Source: Eledone cirrhosa
Taxonomy: Eukaryota
Length of the DNA: 40,120 bases
Reading direction: 5' to 3'
NCBI GenBank assembly: GCA_964016885.1
Contig: CAXHJY010001395.1
Span: forward strand, 1-40,120
A model generated the notes under the pieces. It was given only the letters and a program-made list of their open reading frames with translations. It was not told the DNA's origin and searched no databases. The position numbers and the translations under genes are program-made. This document shows, in pieces, positions 11,900-25,177 of the stretch (position 1 is its first letter; each line of letters opens with the position of its first letter).

Positions 11900-12055
11900 T
11901 GAAAGTGTGGCTAAAAAGTTCGCTACACAATCATAAAGTCTCGAATTATGTCCCAATGCGTGACATCTTGAGCAAGTTTTTTTTTATTTTCTCTTACTAT
12001 AGCGTCGCTTCGAGCAAAATAGTGTAGACAGGAGCTATATGGAAGCCCGTTCTAT
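11900..12055 (+). mobile_element. Degenerate tRNA-derived SINE
   Basis: A-box-like gtgtggctaaaaag, degraded B-box (cgaattatgtccc), CORE-like catcttgagcaag and a ...ggaagcccg tail; resembles an abundant octopus SINE from memory. Confidence 0.5.
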
Positions 12056-12424
12056 ACACATTACCTGGAATTGAAACTCGCGGATTTGCAAGACTGTGTT
12101 ATACTGATGCTACTTAAGGATTACCTTACTGGTACAAGTATTTGCGGAATACTCAACCACTTCGTGAGTTATTTCAGTGACTAGCTCGTTCGGTTGATCG
12201 GATGACTGGATGTTCGCTTATACGTCATTCTCGGCGGAAAGAGGCCATTATATGTGTATGTGTGTGTACGTGTGTGTGTGTGAGTACGTGTGTGCGTGTG
12301 TGTATATGTGTGCGTGTGTTTACGTGTGTGCGTATGTGTACGTGTATGTATGTGAGTGTATGTTTATATATGTAAGTGTGTGTATGTGTGTGTGTGTGTA
12401 TGTGTACGTGTGTGTGTATGTGTA

Positions 12425-12542
12425 CGGGGTCTACCAAAAAAATGTATACACACTTTGATTACCTGTAAAGACAATATTTATCGAAATACTGTTGAAGAGT
12501 GTATAATTTTTTCTTTTTTTTGGGGTGGGGGGGGCCGTCACC

Positions 12543-12545
<3 letters not shown>
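12425..12545. mobile_element. Tc1/mariner-type MITE (degenerate TIRs, TA flanks)
   Basis: TA-CGGGGTctaccaaaaaaatgtatacac ... gtgtataatttt...caCCCTG-TA. Confidence 0.5.
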
Positions 12546-12592
<47 letters not shown>

Positions 12593-12615
12593 TTATAGAG
12601 GTAGACAGATATTAG

Positions 12616-12736
12616 AAAGAGTCGAGGCCCGACGGCTGAGCTCTTGCCGTTTCGACAGCTATATCGAGTACTCTGCTTAATAATGGACTTACTACTTTAA
12701 AATAGGTAAAACCGGGCGTCTCTCTCTCTCTCTCTC

Positions 12737-12774
<38 letters not shown>

Positions 12775-12880
12775 TCACTCTCTCTCTCTCTCTCTTATAT
12801 ATATATTGTGAGAGAGAGACACGTCAGGATTTTACCTGTCGAAACGGCCAGAACTCGGCCGTCGGGGTCCTGACTCTTTT
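12616..12880. repeat. Diverged inverted pair of half-hammerhead family fragments around a (CT)n/(TA)n/(GA)n spacer
   Basis: 12616-12658 vs 12836-12880 reverse complement with several mismatches. Confidence 0.75.
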
Positions 12881-13078
12881 CATACATATATATTTATATT
12901 AACCAGTCTGTGTACAATTATAATATTACATTAGCAGAGCCCCAAAATGCCGTCGTCGTCCCCATAAAAGTGTTGGCCAGGGGCCGACCGCCTCGCTCTA
13001 GCTATACTACTGCATGTAAAGAGGTTCCGTGTAGTAGTGTTTACCACTCAGCACATAGCTGGTTCTTCCTTGACTTCA

Positions 13079-13748
<670 letters not shown>

Positions 13749-13760
13749 GATAGATAGATA

Positions 13761-13860
13761 TGTTTCTTTTATTTGCCACCAGGGCATCAAAAGTGGGACA
13801 AGTACAATGGGGGGACAAAGCGTCCTCAAAGCGTCCTCAATAAGGAGGAGGCAATAACAA
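13761..13860 (-). mobile_element. Second Tx1-like 3' end fragment abutting (TATC)n
   Basis: Minus strand ends tgccctggtggcaaataaaagaaacatatctatctatc. Confidence 0.65.
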
Positions 13861-13956
13861 AATATAAAAATAAAATAAAATATAACAAAATAAAATAAAA
13901 TATAACAAAATCCTCAAAATAAAATATAACATAGATATACAATATAAGACTGATAA

Positions 13957-14132
13957 AATGACAAGTCAGTCAATCATATTGGTGGTCTTCCCACAGCCCT
14001 GGCTGACAGAATAGAGAAGGCTCACACCTGCGGCTGGCCAGCTCAGCGCCTATGGTGGTGAGTAGGGAAGATCCCTAGGGCCGAGGACACCAGAAGTCTC
14101 TCCACTGCCAAAGGTACAACCGCAAACCTGTC
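13957..14132 (-). mobile_element. CRE-like RLE non-LTR retrotransposon 3' fragment with internal deletion
   Basis: Homologous to 29750-29955 and 32918-33092; encodes a VETSGVLGP motif. Confidence 0.75.
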
Positions 14133-14335
14133 TGTTGAGCACGTATGTGGTAGAGGTATGATATGTAACTATGCTGAACACAATGTCACATCACAGCCTA
14201 TATTGCAGCCGCTGCCTCACCGTCCTATATTTAGATAAACTGTTTCATTATCAACGAAATTCACCGAAGCATGAAAAAACAAACCTATTGCAATTTTAAT
14301 AACACCCCTCCGACAACTAGAAATACTTCCATATA

Positions 14336-14370
<35 letters not shown>

Positions 14371-14460
14371 AGTGAATATGTATTATATACAGTATATATA
14401 CACTACCTCTCTCTCTAATATATATAGAGAGAGAACTGTCTATCTATCTATCAATTTGTC

Positions 14461-14536
14461 ACGTTTTTATTGTATGTAAACTTCCCCCTTTGTATTTGTC
14501 CCCTTCTTTTGTGCCCCTCTGGCTAATAAAGAAATA
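14461..14536 (+). mobile_element. 76-bp 5'-truncated Tx1-like insertion with 16-bp target-site duplication
   Basis: Nearly identical to 26704-26779; TSD tatctatcaatttgtc at 14445-14460 and 14537-14552. Confidence 0.85.
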
Positions 14537-14560
14537 TATCTATCAATTTGTCTCTCTCTC

Positions 14561-14647
<87 letters not shown>

Positions 14648-14774
14648 AATTGATAGATAGATAGACAGTTCTCTCTCTCTACATATATATATATTAGAGA
14701 GAGAACTATCAATTTGTCTCTCTCTCTATATATATATATACATATATATATATATTAGAGAGAGAGAGAGAGTT

Positions 14775-14825
14775 CAGATTTAGCTGTTGAAACGGCAGGA
14801 GCTCAGCCATCGGGGTCCCGAATCC
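14775..14825 (+). mobile_element. Half-hammerhead family fragment
   Basis: tagctgttGAAACGGCaggagctcaGCCATCggggtccc. Confidence 0.65.
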
Positions 14826-14828
14826 TTC

Positions 14829-15065
14829 ATAGGTAGGTAGGTGAGGTAGGTAGGTGGGTGGGTAGGTAGGTAGGAGAGGTAGGTGGGTAGGTAGGTAGGA
14901 GAGGTAGGTGGGTGGGTAGGTAGGTAGGTAGGTAGGTGGGTGGGTAGGAGAGGTAGGTGGGTCGGTAGGTAGGTAGGTAGGTAGGTAGGTAGGTAGGTAG
15001 GTAGATAGGTGGATGGGTAGGTAGGTGGATGGGTAGGTAGGTAGGTGGATGGGTAGGTAGATGGA
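14829..15065. repeat. (GGTA)n/(GGTG)n microsatellite
   Basis: Direct inspection. Confidence 0.95.
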
Positions 15066-15242
15066 TACACACCGTACACATCTTTGAAATAAAGTGCATG
15101 TAAAATTAACGTGCAAGTGGCTGAGCAGCCCACGAATATGTGTACCGACAACGTAGCTCTCAGGGAGATTCGGTGTGACACAATGTGAGACAAAGCTGAC
15201 CCTTTGAATTACAGGTACAACTCATTATTATCAGCTGAATTA

Positions 15243-15460
15243 GGACGGTGGATTGGCAGAATCGGTAGAGCGTCCGACATGCTTAGTGGCATAGAGTTAC
15301 GGCCCTTTACACTCAGAGTTCAAATCTCGCCGAGATTAACTTTGCCTTTCATCCTTACAGGGTCGATAAAATAAAGTACCAGTAACACACTGGGGTCGAT
15401 TTAATCGACTTTCCCCACCCCCTTCAAATTGCTGGCCTTGTGCCTAAAGTAGAAATAATT
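15243..15460 (+). mobile_element. tRNA-derived SINE family A
   Basis: A-box-like tggcagaatcgg, B-box gagttcaaatc, and central GCCTTTCATCCTTACRGGGTCGATAAAATAAAGTACCAGT shared by at least 9 copies in the window. Confidence 0.85.
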
Positions 15461-15510
15461 GTTACCATCTGAATGGAGTGGAACATCATGAAATAAAGTG
15501 TCTTGTTTAA

Positions 15511-15647
15511 CCCTTCAGCATTTAAACCAGCCAGATCTGGCCAGATCTGGCCAGATCTCTCACCTCTTTCTGTTTAAATTGGCTGTAACCAATCACTCAT
15601 ACTGATGTTAAGGTATTGTTCTCAAAATAAATGATATCAAAATCTCA
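15511..15647. mobile_element. Truncated piggyBac-type MITE
   Basis: TTAA-CCCTTCAGCATTTA terminus; reverse-complement homologue of ~33885-34015. Confidence 0.7.
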
Positions 15648-16135
15648 CCGCGCCGCCAGAATCAAACCCATGACCTTACGATGTACCCAACACCGAAACC
15701 AATAAACCCCATACATGAATGGAATCTTACATTCTAGGTTAAATAGGCGAATTCTTTATCTTTTTCTTTTTTCTTTTACTGTGACCATCCACTAAAAATG
15801 GATTGACCTCCCAATAGACTGTTCCGTACACAACATATTTTACAGTATTATAAAATGTGTAGAAATATTTCTACTTCTCTTCTTTAAAGGGACAGTTATT
15901 TGTATCACAGTCGAGTAAGTCGCTGTCATGTTATTTTCTGTTTATGTTATAACCTCAGTTTAAAAGGAATTATTATGCTATAAGAACCCCTCCATAGTCT
16001 TAGCTCTAAAAAGCAGTACGACTTCTCCACAGTCTTAGTTCTACAACACAGTAACATTTCTCCATAAGCTAAGCTCTCGGCAGAGTAAGACTTCTTTCTC
16101 TCTATTAAGTCTAGCTCTACAACAGAATAAGGTTT

Positions 16136-16660
16136 TACCTCTACATAAGCCTAGCTCTACCACACAGGCCTCATAACTCTACAATATTTACACCTCTACA
16201 TAAGCCTAGCTCTACAATAGTTACACCTCTACATAAGCCTAGCTCTACAACACAGGCCTCATAACTCTACAATATTTACACCTCTACATAAGCCTAGCTC
16301 TACAATAGTTACACCTCTACATAAGCCTAGCTCTACCACACAGGCCTCATAACTCTACAATATTTACACCTCTACATAAGCCTAGCTCTACAATAGTTAC
16401 ACCTCTACATAAGCCTAGCTCTACAACACAGGCCTCATAGCTCTACAATAGTTACACCTCTACATAATCCTAGCTCTACAACACAGGCCTCATAACTCTA
16501 CAATAGTTACACCTCTACATAAGCCTAGCTCTACAACACAGGCCTCATAACTCTACAATAGTTACACCTCTACATAAGCCTAGCTCTACAACACAGGCCT
16601 CATAGCTCTACAATAGTTACACCTCTACATAAGCCTAGCTCTACAACACAGGCCTCGTAG
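16136..16660. repeat. Minisatellite of alternating ~33- and ~55-bp related units
   Basis: acacctctacataagcctagctctaca followed by atagtt or acacaggcctcataactctacaata; degenerate precursors from ~15990. Confidence 0.9.
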
Positions 16661-16698
16661 CTTAATTTGTCGACCCTGTGATACATAAATTATTATTT

Positions 16699-16995
16699 TG
16701 GCAGAACCGGTAGAGCGTTGGACACCCTGCTTTGCAGCATAGTTACGGCCCTTTACGTTCTGAGTTTAAATCCCACCGGGGTCGATAAAATAAAGTATCA
16801 GTCATGCACTGGGGTCGATTTAATCAACTTTCCCCTCCCCTTCAAATTGCTGGCTTTGAACCTAAATCAGAAACCATTAGATCTGAGTTCAAATCCGGCC
16901 GAGGTTAACTTTGCCTTTCATCCTGACGGGGTCGATAAAATAAAGTACCAATAATGTACTGGTAATTCCTGGCCTTGTGCCTAAAATAGAAACAA
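16699..16995 (+). mobile_element. SINE family A, partially duplicated copy
   Basis: Two B-box to tail segments in tandem; the first has an internal deletion. Confidence 0.8.
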
Positions 16996-17012
16996 TTATT
17001 ATCTTTATTTTT

Positions 17013-17195
17013 TTACTTATGCTGTTGTCGGGCCTGTTTCACTTGGTTCACGGTTTTTACTTATGCTGTTACCGGGTCTCTTTCAGTTCGTTCACGGTAT
17101 TTTTACTTATGCTGTTGCCGGGCCTGTTTCACTTGGTTCACGGTGTTTTTACTTATGCTGTTGCCGGACCTGGTTCACTTGGTTCACGGTATTTT
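17013..17195. repeat. ~45-bp tandem repeat x4
   Basis: ttttacttatgctgttgccgggcctgtttcacttggttcacggt units. Confidence 0.9.
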
Positions 17196-17759
17196 TGGAT
17201 TTTACCACATTTCATTTTACGGAAGCAGTTTCTTTTGGGATTATTTGCAAACCAGGAATTTCTGGACATCTACCCTTTTACCTCATCGTAGACGAAAGGT
17301 CTGTCTTCTTAGACATTTAATTTTTAAACTGTTTTTATTTACTAATTGTTAAATATGGTTTATTGTTATAGGGTGTTGTGGAATTCGGGGTGAGATGGGG
17401 AGAATTACCTAGCTACCCTTAAGTCATTTTGTTTTGTTTTTTTATTGCCGACGTCTCGGAAATAGGTGTGATAATAAAAATCGACTGCAATTTCAACACT
17501 GAACGCTTACTTCAAAGCAATTAAGGTTTTGATCTCTCATTTAACTTTCTTTCATGCCACTGAAGAAAAGAAACATCAATTATTTAACAGGCACAATACT
17601 CTGCCATCTTACAATTGGTGGATGATACCAGGTTCTGCTCTTATTTCACTATTCTGTGGTTGGTAGCATTTAAGGGGAAAAAAACCCAGTGAAATAACTT
17701 TAAAAAATTGAACAAGCATAGGTAGCAAATATTCAGACTTTTGCAAACGAAAAAAACAG

Positions 17760-17878
17760 AACCTCGTTAGGAACTGGAATGGCTCCTCCAGCGCGTCTCC
17801 TTCACCATCCGGGGAAACGCTTTCTCTATTTTGTCCGCCGAGGTCACGGGGCGGCCAGCGCGTGGGCCCCCACAGTGA
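17760..17878 (+). mobile_element. CRE-like RLE retrotransposon C-terminal fragment
   Basis: Frame from 17770 reads ELEWLLQRVSFTIRGNAFSILSAEVTGRPARGPPQ*, homologous to the 29711-30010 peptide. Confidence 0.75.
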
Positions 17879-18277
17879 GAAATGAGGAGAGACGGAGGCA
17901 GTGACAGTGGAAGTTTGGTTCCTTTGTGTTCGTACCTGATATATATATATATATATATTAAACAAAGTATATTTCTACACGAGTATAGATAGAAGTATAG
18001 ATACAGAGCGTCCAACTGGTACTAGGTTTAGCTCTATGAAAGAGTTAATAAAATCAACAGATTCAGAGATTCATATATGGGGAAAGTGAAGATATTTTTT
18101 TTATATTGTTTACTTTTCCCATATATGATTATATATAAATATATATAAATATTGTACAGTTCTGTTTACATGGCAACACAAGAGCAAGAATGAGGGGTCC
18201 ATTCTACTGACATGGCTTGTTCGCATAATTGCAAACGAATCAAATATGATTAATATTCGAAAAACTCAGATTAGATT

Positions 18278-18342
<65 letters not shown>

Positions 18343-19238
18343 AAGTATTTCCGTAGGAAGGGGAAAGGAGTGCTCTATGTATGCTACAGAGCTATTTAAT
18401 TATTTAATAAACATAAGACAATTATTCCATTTTCCAAAGGTTTTACGAAGGCAGCCGAGCTCAACAGAGACGTCTGAAATCGCTCATCAGAATATATATA
18501 CATATATACATATATATATATATACATATATATATATAATTTACCACACATTGGAAACGGTTGTCTCTCTTTATCTCTCTCTCTCTCTCTCTCTGTACAC
18601 GTGGAGAGCGGGTTACATATAAGAACTGTAAACAGGAATTAGTTCCTAATACGTCAGGATATTATTCTTCCGAGTTTTCCACCAGCTGTTGACGTCCACC
18701 GGTCAGCTGACCTGACCAACTATGCAGAACTTTTGTGCTCTCTGTTTTAGAGAACAATATAAATTCTGTTTGCACAAGATTGATATTTTCAATGGAATGC
18801 TCCAGTATTAGTATTCACTTAATTTTAAAGGTGTGTTAACTTATTTCTAGTAAATATATGTTTGATATTTCTATTGAAGCAATCCTTTATCATACAGTTC
18901 CTATTGTATTTTGATTGTTAGCTTTTGCTATTGTTCTCGAGTATTATATATATTTTCTAATCGTGTCACGCTACATAGGAAGTAAGTAACTTAGAGATGT
19001 TACATGTTACTGCTGGTAATGTGGTTAGTATATCGTCTGCCCTGATATACTATGACAATGATATTCTATATTGCAGCCTGACTCTTTCAACGTATCCTTA
19101 ACGATTTTCTATCAGGTATTTCTTTCCAAACTAAATTTCTCCTGTCTTTGTCAAATGAAGTCTTACATGTGTGTGTGTGTGTGTGTGAGAGATAGTGTGT
19201 GGGTGTGTGTGTGTGGGGGTGTGTGATTGGGGGGGGGG

Positions 19239-19490
19239 AGTGGCAGTCGTTAGAACGTCGGTTAGAATGCTTTGGTGGTAGTAGTGACAGTAGTGGTATT
19301 GGTGGTGGTGGTAGAAGTGATGGTGGTGGTAGTAGTGATGGTGGTGGTGGTAGTAGTGATGGTGGTATTCGTTCTGTCTCTCTCTGTCCTGAGTTCAAAT
19401 CCCTCCGAGGTCAACTTTTCCTTTCATATTCTCGAGATCGATAAAAGAATAAGAGAAACAGTCTAGTACTGGGGGTCGATTTTCCCCCCT
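19239..19490 (+). mobile_element. SINE family A with internal (GGT)n expansion
   Basis: tggcagtcgttagaacgtcgg head, gagttcaaatc B-box, tactgggggtcgat. Confidence 0.75.
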
Positions 19491-19537
19491 CTATATCTCT
19501 TTCTTTCTCCTTCTGACCAGGACACTATGCTCTTTTT

Positions 19538-19660
19538 CGAAATCGGACCGAGGAAACAATGTTTCCATTGGTCTTTCCAATTGCTAATACTATGTCGGTC
19601 GCAACTCCAGGTAGGAGCAACGTGAAATAAAGTCTTGCTCAAGGACAGAACACAGCGCTC
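19538..19660 (-). mobile_element. CORE-like SINE fragment
   Basis: Reverse complement of 37420-37525 (gtccttgagcaagac...tttatttcacgttgctcc; ttggaaagacc). Confidence 0.7.
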
Positions 19661-19957
19661 ATAATCAATCGCTCCAAATAATATACAATTTCAAAAGAAT
19701 TTATATAAGATGTTTCAAAAGAATTGATATGATTTGAGATGTAAATATCCAGTCTCGTTGTCTTAGACGATATAGTTTCTCAGATAATCTTTTGAAATAC
19801 CATGTGAGTACAGGTTGTACTCGCGAGAATTTAACGGTTATTGTGTAAACTCTCTGTAAAGCCCCAACAATTTTAGACTTTACAAAATAACCTTTAAATT
19901 TCCGCGAGTTCAACCTCTGTCTCTGCGCGTAACAAATTTTATTTTCTTCTTTGCCCA

Positions 19958-20130
19958 CTTATTCCTGAGAAGGTGGTGAAGGCAGAGTCGTCCTCAAACA
20001 CTCCTTCCAGTAAGGTCTTGTCAGAACAACCGTCGCCAACTGATCCGGCTGGATCTCCAAGCGAGACAACCAAGCTCATGGATGTTATCCATCTTGCTCG
20101 GGGTTTACCCTTTGGTCTCCTGCCGGTTGG
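19958..20130 (-). mobile_element. RTE-clade LINE 3' fragment (frameshifted)
   Basis: Minus strand PTGRRPKGKPRARW, then shifted frames DNIHELG and SRLEIQPDQLATVVLTRPYWKECL; typical RTE C-terminal G-R-RGRP--RW-D motif. Confidence 0.6.
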
Positions 20131-20482
20131 TTTTTATCGCACATCAAAAATATAGTCATTTAATCGCAGCTTACTTCATAAATCACAATAGACAATTATA
20201 AATTGGTTTCAGTAAATATTGCTGACTGGTTTCAAATTTACATTTTTTCTACTATATTTATTTATTTTTACTCCTGCGTCAAACATTTCCTCGTCTATTG
20301 ACAGACAAATAACAACACTGACACTTTGACACTTTTGACACTTTTACAATATTTGGTATCCTAACTAAAGGAAGTCTGTCCCTCCTTAGATAGAGATATG
20401 TAGGTAGGTCTATCTATCTATCTATCTATCTATCTAAAAGAAACATATCTATCTATCTATATACATATATATATATATAGAT

Positions 20483-20635
20483 AGTTTCAGAAGATCCCGT
20501 TAAGGGTGAAAGCAGCGATTCTTTGCTTAAACTTTAATGTCATTTTAATAAATATTTGCTCTATGGTTCTTATATATTTGATATATATTTATCCTTATCG
20601 AACCCTCTTTGGATTTTAGTCTTCAAATTTATTAT

Positions 20636-20640
<5 letters not shown>
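20483..20640 (+). mobile_element. Interspersed TA-embedded element, copy 2, with core-variant hammerhead (20483-20533)
   Basis: Homologous to 8587-8745; stem I AGTTT/AAACT. Confidence 0.65.
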
Positions 20641-20682
<42 letters not shown>

Positions 20683-20920
20683 GTATGTGTATATGTGTGT
20701 GTATATATGTATATAAACACAGATTGACAGCTAAAAATTTAATATAATAGTTTTGAGTACGAAAGGTAAATACACCTCTCACACACACACACACACACAC
20801 ACCGTGACAACCCCCCCCCCCCTCCGCCAGTCTCTTTTGCCATTACTACAACAGTCCTTGCTAGCTTTCACTGACCAGATGTCAGGCCTGAGTCGAGTAG
20901 ATTTCTTCCAGAGAGAGGAA

Positions 20921-21055
20921 GAATCGACCCCAGTATTAGACTGGTACTTTGTTTACCGAACTCGAAAGGATGAAAGGTAAAGTTGACCTCGGTTGGATTT
21001 GAACCCAGAGACACGGAATGAGTACCTTAAAGCATTCTACCCGACCTTCTAACCA
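20921..21055 (-). mobile_element. SINE family A
   Basis: atcgaccccagta...ctggtac...ggatgaaaggtaaagttgacctcgg...gatttgaacc. Confidence 0.75.
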
Positions 21056-21057
21056 CC

Positions 21058-24000
21058 CATACACAGTCTATACAGTATACACAGTATATACAGTATATAC
21101 AGTATATACAGTATACACAGTCTATACAGTATACACAGTCTATACAGTATACACAGTCTATACAGTATACACAGTATATACAGTATACACAGTCTATACA
21201 GTATACACAGTCTATACAGTATACACAGTCTATACAGTATACACAGTATATACAGTATACACAGTCTATACAGTATACACAGTCTATACAGTATACACAG
21301 TCTATACAGTATACACAGTCTATACAGTATACACAGTCTATACATTATACACAGTATATACAGTATACACAGTATATACAGTATACACAGTATATACAGT
21401 ATACAGTATACACAGTATATACAGTATACACAGTATATACATTATACACAGTATATACAGTATACACAGTATATACAGTATACACAGTCTATACAGTATA
21501 CACAGTCTATACAGTATACACAGTCTATACAGTATACACAGTCTATACAGTATACAGTATACACAGTCTATACAGTATACACAGTCTATACATTATACAC
21601 AGTATATACAGTATACACAGTATATACAGTATACACAGTCTATACAGTATACACAGTCTATACAGTATACAGTATACACAGTCTATACAGTATACACAGT
21701 CTATACAGTATACACAGTCTATACAGTATACACAGTCTATACAGTATACACAGTCTATACAGTATACACAGTCTATACAGTATACAGTATACACAGTCTA
21801 TACAGTATACACAGTATACACAGTCTATACAGTATACACAGTCTATACAGTATACACAGTCTATACATTATACACAGTATATACAGTATACACAGTATAT
21901 ACAGTATACACAGTCTATACAGTATACACAGTCTATACAGTATACACAGTCTATACAGTATACACAGTCTATACATTATACACAGTATATACAGTATACA
22001 CAGTCTATACAGTATACACAGTCTATACAGTATACACAGTCTATACAGTATACAGTATACACAGTCTATACAGTATACAGTATACACAGTCTATACAGTA
22101 TACACAGTATACACAGTCTATACAGTATACACAGTCTATACAGTATACACAGTCTATACATTATACACAGTATATACAGTATACACAGTATATACAGTAT
22201 ACACAGTCTATACAGTATACACAGTCTATACAGTATACAGTATACACAGTCTATACAGTATACACAGTATACACAGTCTATACAGTATACACAGTATACA
22301 CAGTCTATACAGTATACACAGTCTATACAGTATACACAGTCTATACAGTATACACAGTCTATACAGTATACACAGTCTATACAGTATACACAGTATATAC
22401 AGTATACACAGTCTATACAGTATACACAGTCTATACATTATACACAGTATATACAGTATACACAGTCTATACAGTATATACAGTATACACAGTCTATACA
22501 GTATACACAGTCTATACATTATACACAGTCTATACAGTCTATACAGTATACACAGTATACACAGTATACACAGTCTATACACAGTATACACAGTCTATAC
22601 AGTCTATACATTATACACAGTATACACAGTATATACAGTATACACAGTATACACAGTCTATACATTATACACAGTATACACAGTATATACAGTATACACA
22701 GTATACACAGTCTATACATTATACACAGTCTATACAGTCTATACAGTATATACAGTCTATACATTATACACAGTCTATACAGTCTATACATTATACACAG
22801 TCTATACATTATACACAGTCTATACAGTATACACAGTCTATACATTATACACAGTATACACAGTATACACAGTCTATACAGTCTATACATTATACACAGT
22901 CTATACAGTATACACAGTCTATACATTATACACAGTATATACAGTATACACAGTCTATACAGTCTATACAGTATATACAGTATACACAGTATATACAGTA
23001 TACACAGTCTATACAGTCTATACATTATACACAGTATATACAGTATACACAGTCTATACAGTCAATACATTATACACAGTATATACATTATACACAGTCT
23101 ATACAGTCTATACATTATACACAGTATATACAGTATACACAGTCTATACAGTCTATACATTATACACAGTATATACAGTATACACAGACTATACATTATA
23201 CACAGTATACACAGTATACACAGTCTATACAGTCTATACATTATACACAGTATATACAGTATATACAGTATACACAGTATATACAGTATACACAGTCTAT
23301 ACAGTATATACAGTATACACAGTCTATACATTATACACAGTATATACAGTATATACAGTATACACAGTATATACAGTCTATACATTATACACAGTCTATA
23401 CAGTCTATACATTATACACAGTCTATACATTATACACAGTCTATACAGTCTATACATTATACACAGTCTATACATTATACACAGTCTATACATTATACAC
23501 AGTCTATACAGTCTATACATTATACACAGTCTATACAGTCTATACATTATACACAGTCTATACATTATACACAGTATATACAGTATATACAGTATACACA
23601 GTATATACAGTCTATACATTATACACAGTCTATACAGTCTATACATTATACACAGTCTATACATTATACACAGTCTATACAGTCTATACATTATACACAG
23701 TCTATACATTATACACAGTCTATACATTATACACAGTCTATACAGTCTATACATTATACACAGTCTATACAGTCTATACATTATACACAGTCTATACAGT
23801 CTATACATTATACACAGTATATACATTATACACAGTCTATACAGTCTATACATTATACACAGTCTATACAGTCTATACATTATACACAGTCTATACAGTC
23901 TATACATTATACACAGTATATACATTATACACAGTCTATACAGTCTATACATTATACACAGTCTATACAGTCTATACATTATACACAGTATATACAGTAT

Positions 24001-24728
24001 ACACAGTCTATACATTATACACAGTATACACAGTCTATACAGTCTATACATTATACACAGTCTATACATTATACACAGTATACACAGTCTATACAGTCTA
24101 TACAGTCTATACATTATACACAGTCTATACATTATATACAGTATACACAGTATACACAGTCTATACAGTATACACAGTATACACAGTCTATACAGTATAC
24201 ACAGTCTATACAGTATACACAGTCTATACATTATACACAGTCTATACAGTATACACAGTCTATACATTATACACAGTCTATACATTATACAGTCTATACA
24301 TTATACACAGTATATACATTATACGCAGTATATACATTATACACAGTCTATACATTATACACAGTCTATACATTATACACAGTCTATACATTATATACAG
24401 TATATACAGTGTACACAGTATATACATTATACACAGTATATACATTATACACAGTATATACATTATACACAGTATATACAGTATACACAGTATATACATT
24501 ATATACAGTATATACATTATACACAGTCTATACATTATACACAGTCTATACATTATACACAGTCTATACATTATACACAGTCTAAACATTATATACAGTA
24601 TATACAGTGTACACAGTATATACATTATATACAGTCTATACATTATACACAGTATATACATTATACACAGTCTATACATTATATACAGTATATACATTAT
24701 ATACATTATAGACAGTGTACACAGTATA
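21058..24728. repeat. ~3.7-kb satellite of 9-bp units (TATACACAG/TCTATACAG/TATATACAG/TCTATACAT)
   Basis: Direct inspection; occasional 7-bp units (tatacag). Confidence 0.97.
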
Positions 24729-25177
24729 TTCGGTGTACTTATATTTTTGTCACAGAAAACAATTAAAAAAAAAATTGCCCAACATAAAACTTCTTGATAC
24801 TAAAATTAGAGGTCACACTGAACAGATGTTTGTACTTATAAATTGGTGGCACATAGGTGTGTGCGTGTGTGTGTGTGTGTGTGTTGTGTGTTGTATGGTG
24901 TGTGTGTGTGTGTGAACATAACCTGTCAAGCAGGTTTGCAATAGTTTAGTTCAGAAAGGTTTACATAGACGACAACGTGAAAAGAATGGAGAGGACTTAG
25001 ATAAAGAAATTATTGAAAACAAGAAATGTCTAATTAATAAGAGAGAACAATGTATTAACGTTAGTGCTGTTGTTGTTGTTGGATAAACAAACACAGATCA
25101 CCTTCAACTGAATGTCATTTCACAGGCACCAGTAATCGTTAAAGTTTGAACTCTTTCGTAAGGAATAGTACTGAATT

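Larger units (their letters stand above)
15100..15710 (-). mobile_element. CORE-like tRNA-SINE interrupted by two nested insertions
   Basis: Pieces at 15100-15240, 15468-15505 (gaaataaagtgtcttg) and 15648-15710 (B-box-like). ctgaat occurs on both sides of the nested SINE. Confidence 0.6.

Noticed and set aside
12930-13012. GC-rich patch with a CAGTAGTATAGCTAG-like end (similar patch at ~30395-30525) as hAT-type MITEs
   Set aside because: No convincing partner TIR or 8-bp TSD could be identified by eye.
15243-15340. tRNA-like A/B boxes here and in other SINE heads
   Set aside because: No cloverleaf; they continue into SINE bodies, so they are not tRNA genes.
18430-18570. CTGATGA on the minus strand (18484-18490) and GAAACGGTTGTC (~18554) near TA tracts
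   Set aside because: They are on opposite strands and no complete three-stem hammerhead can be built; at most eroded remnants.
21018-24797. 1259-aa YTV/YSIHS ORF
   Set aside because: 9-bp satellite; 7-bp units shift the peptide register freely, showing no frame constraint.
24954-25086. Short open frame after ttcag (KGLHRRQREKNGEDLDKEII...)
   Set aside because: Weak acceptor, no recognisable domain and no linked exons; unsupported without RNA data.
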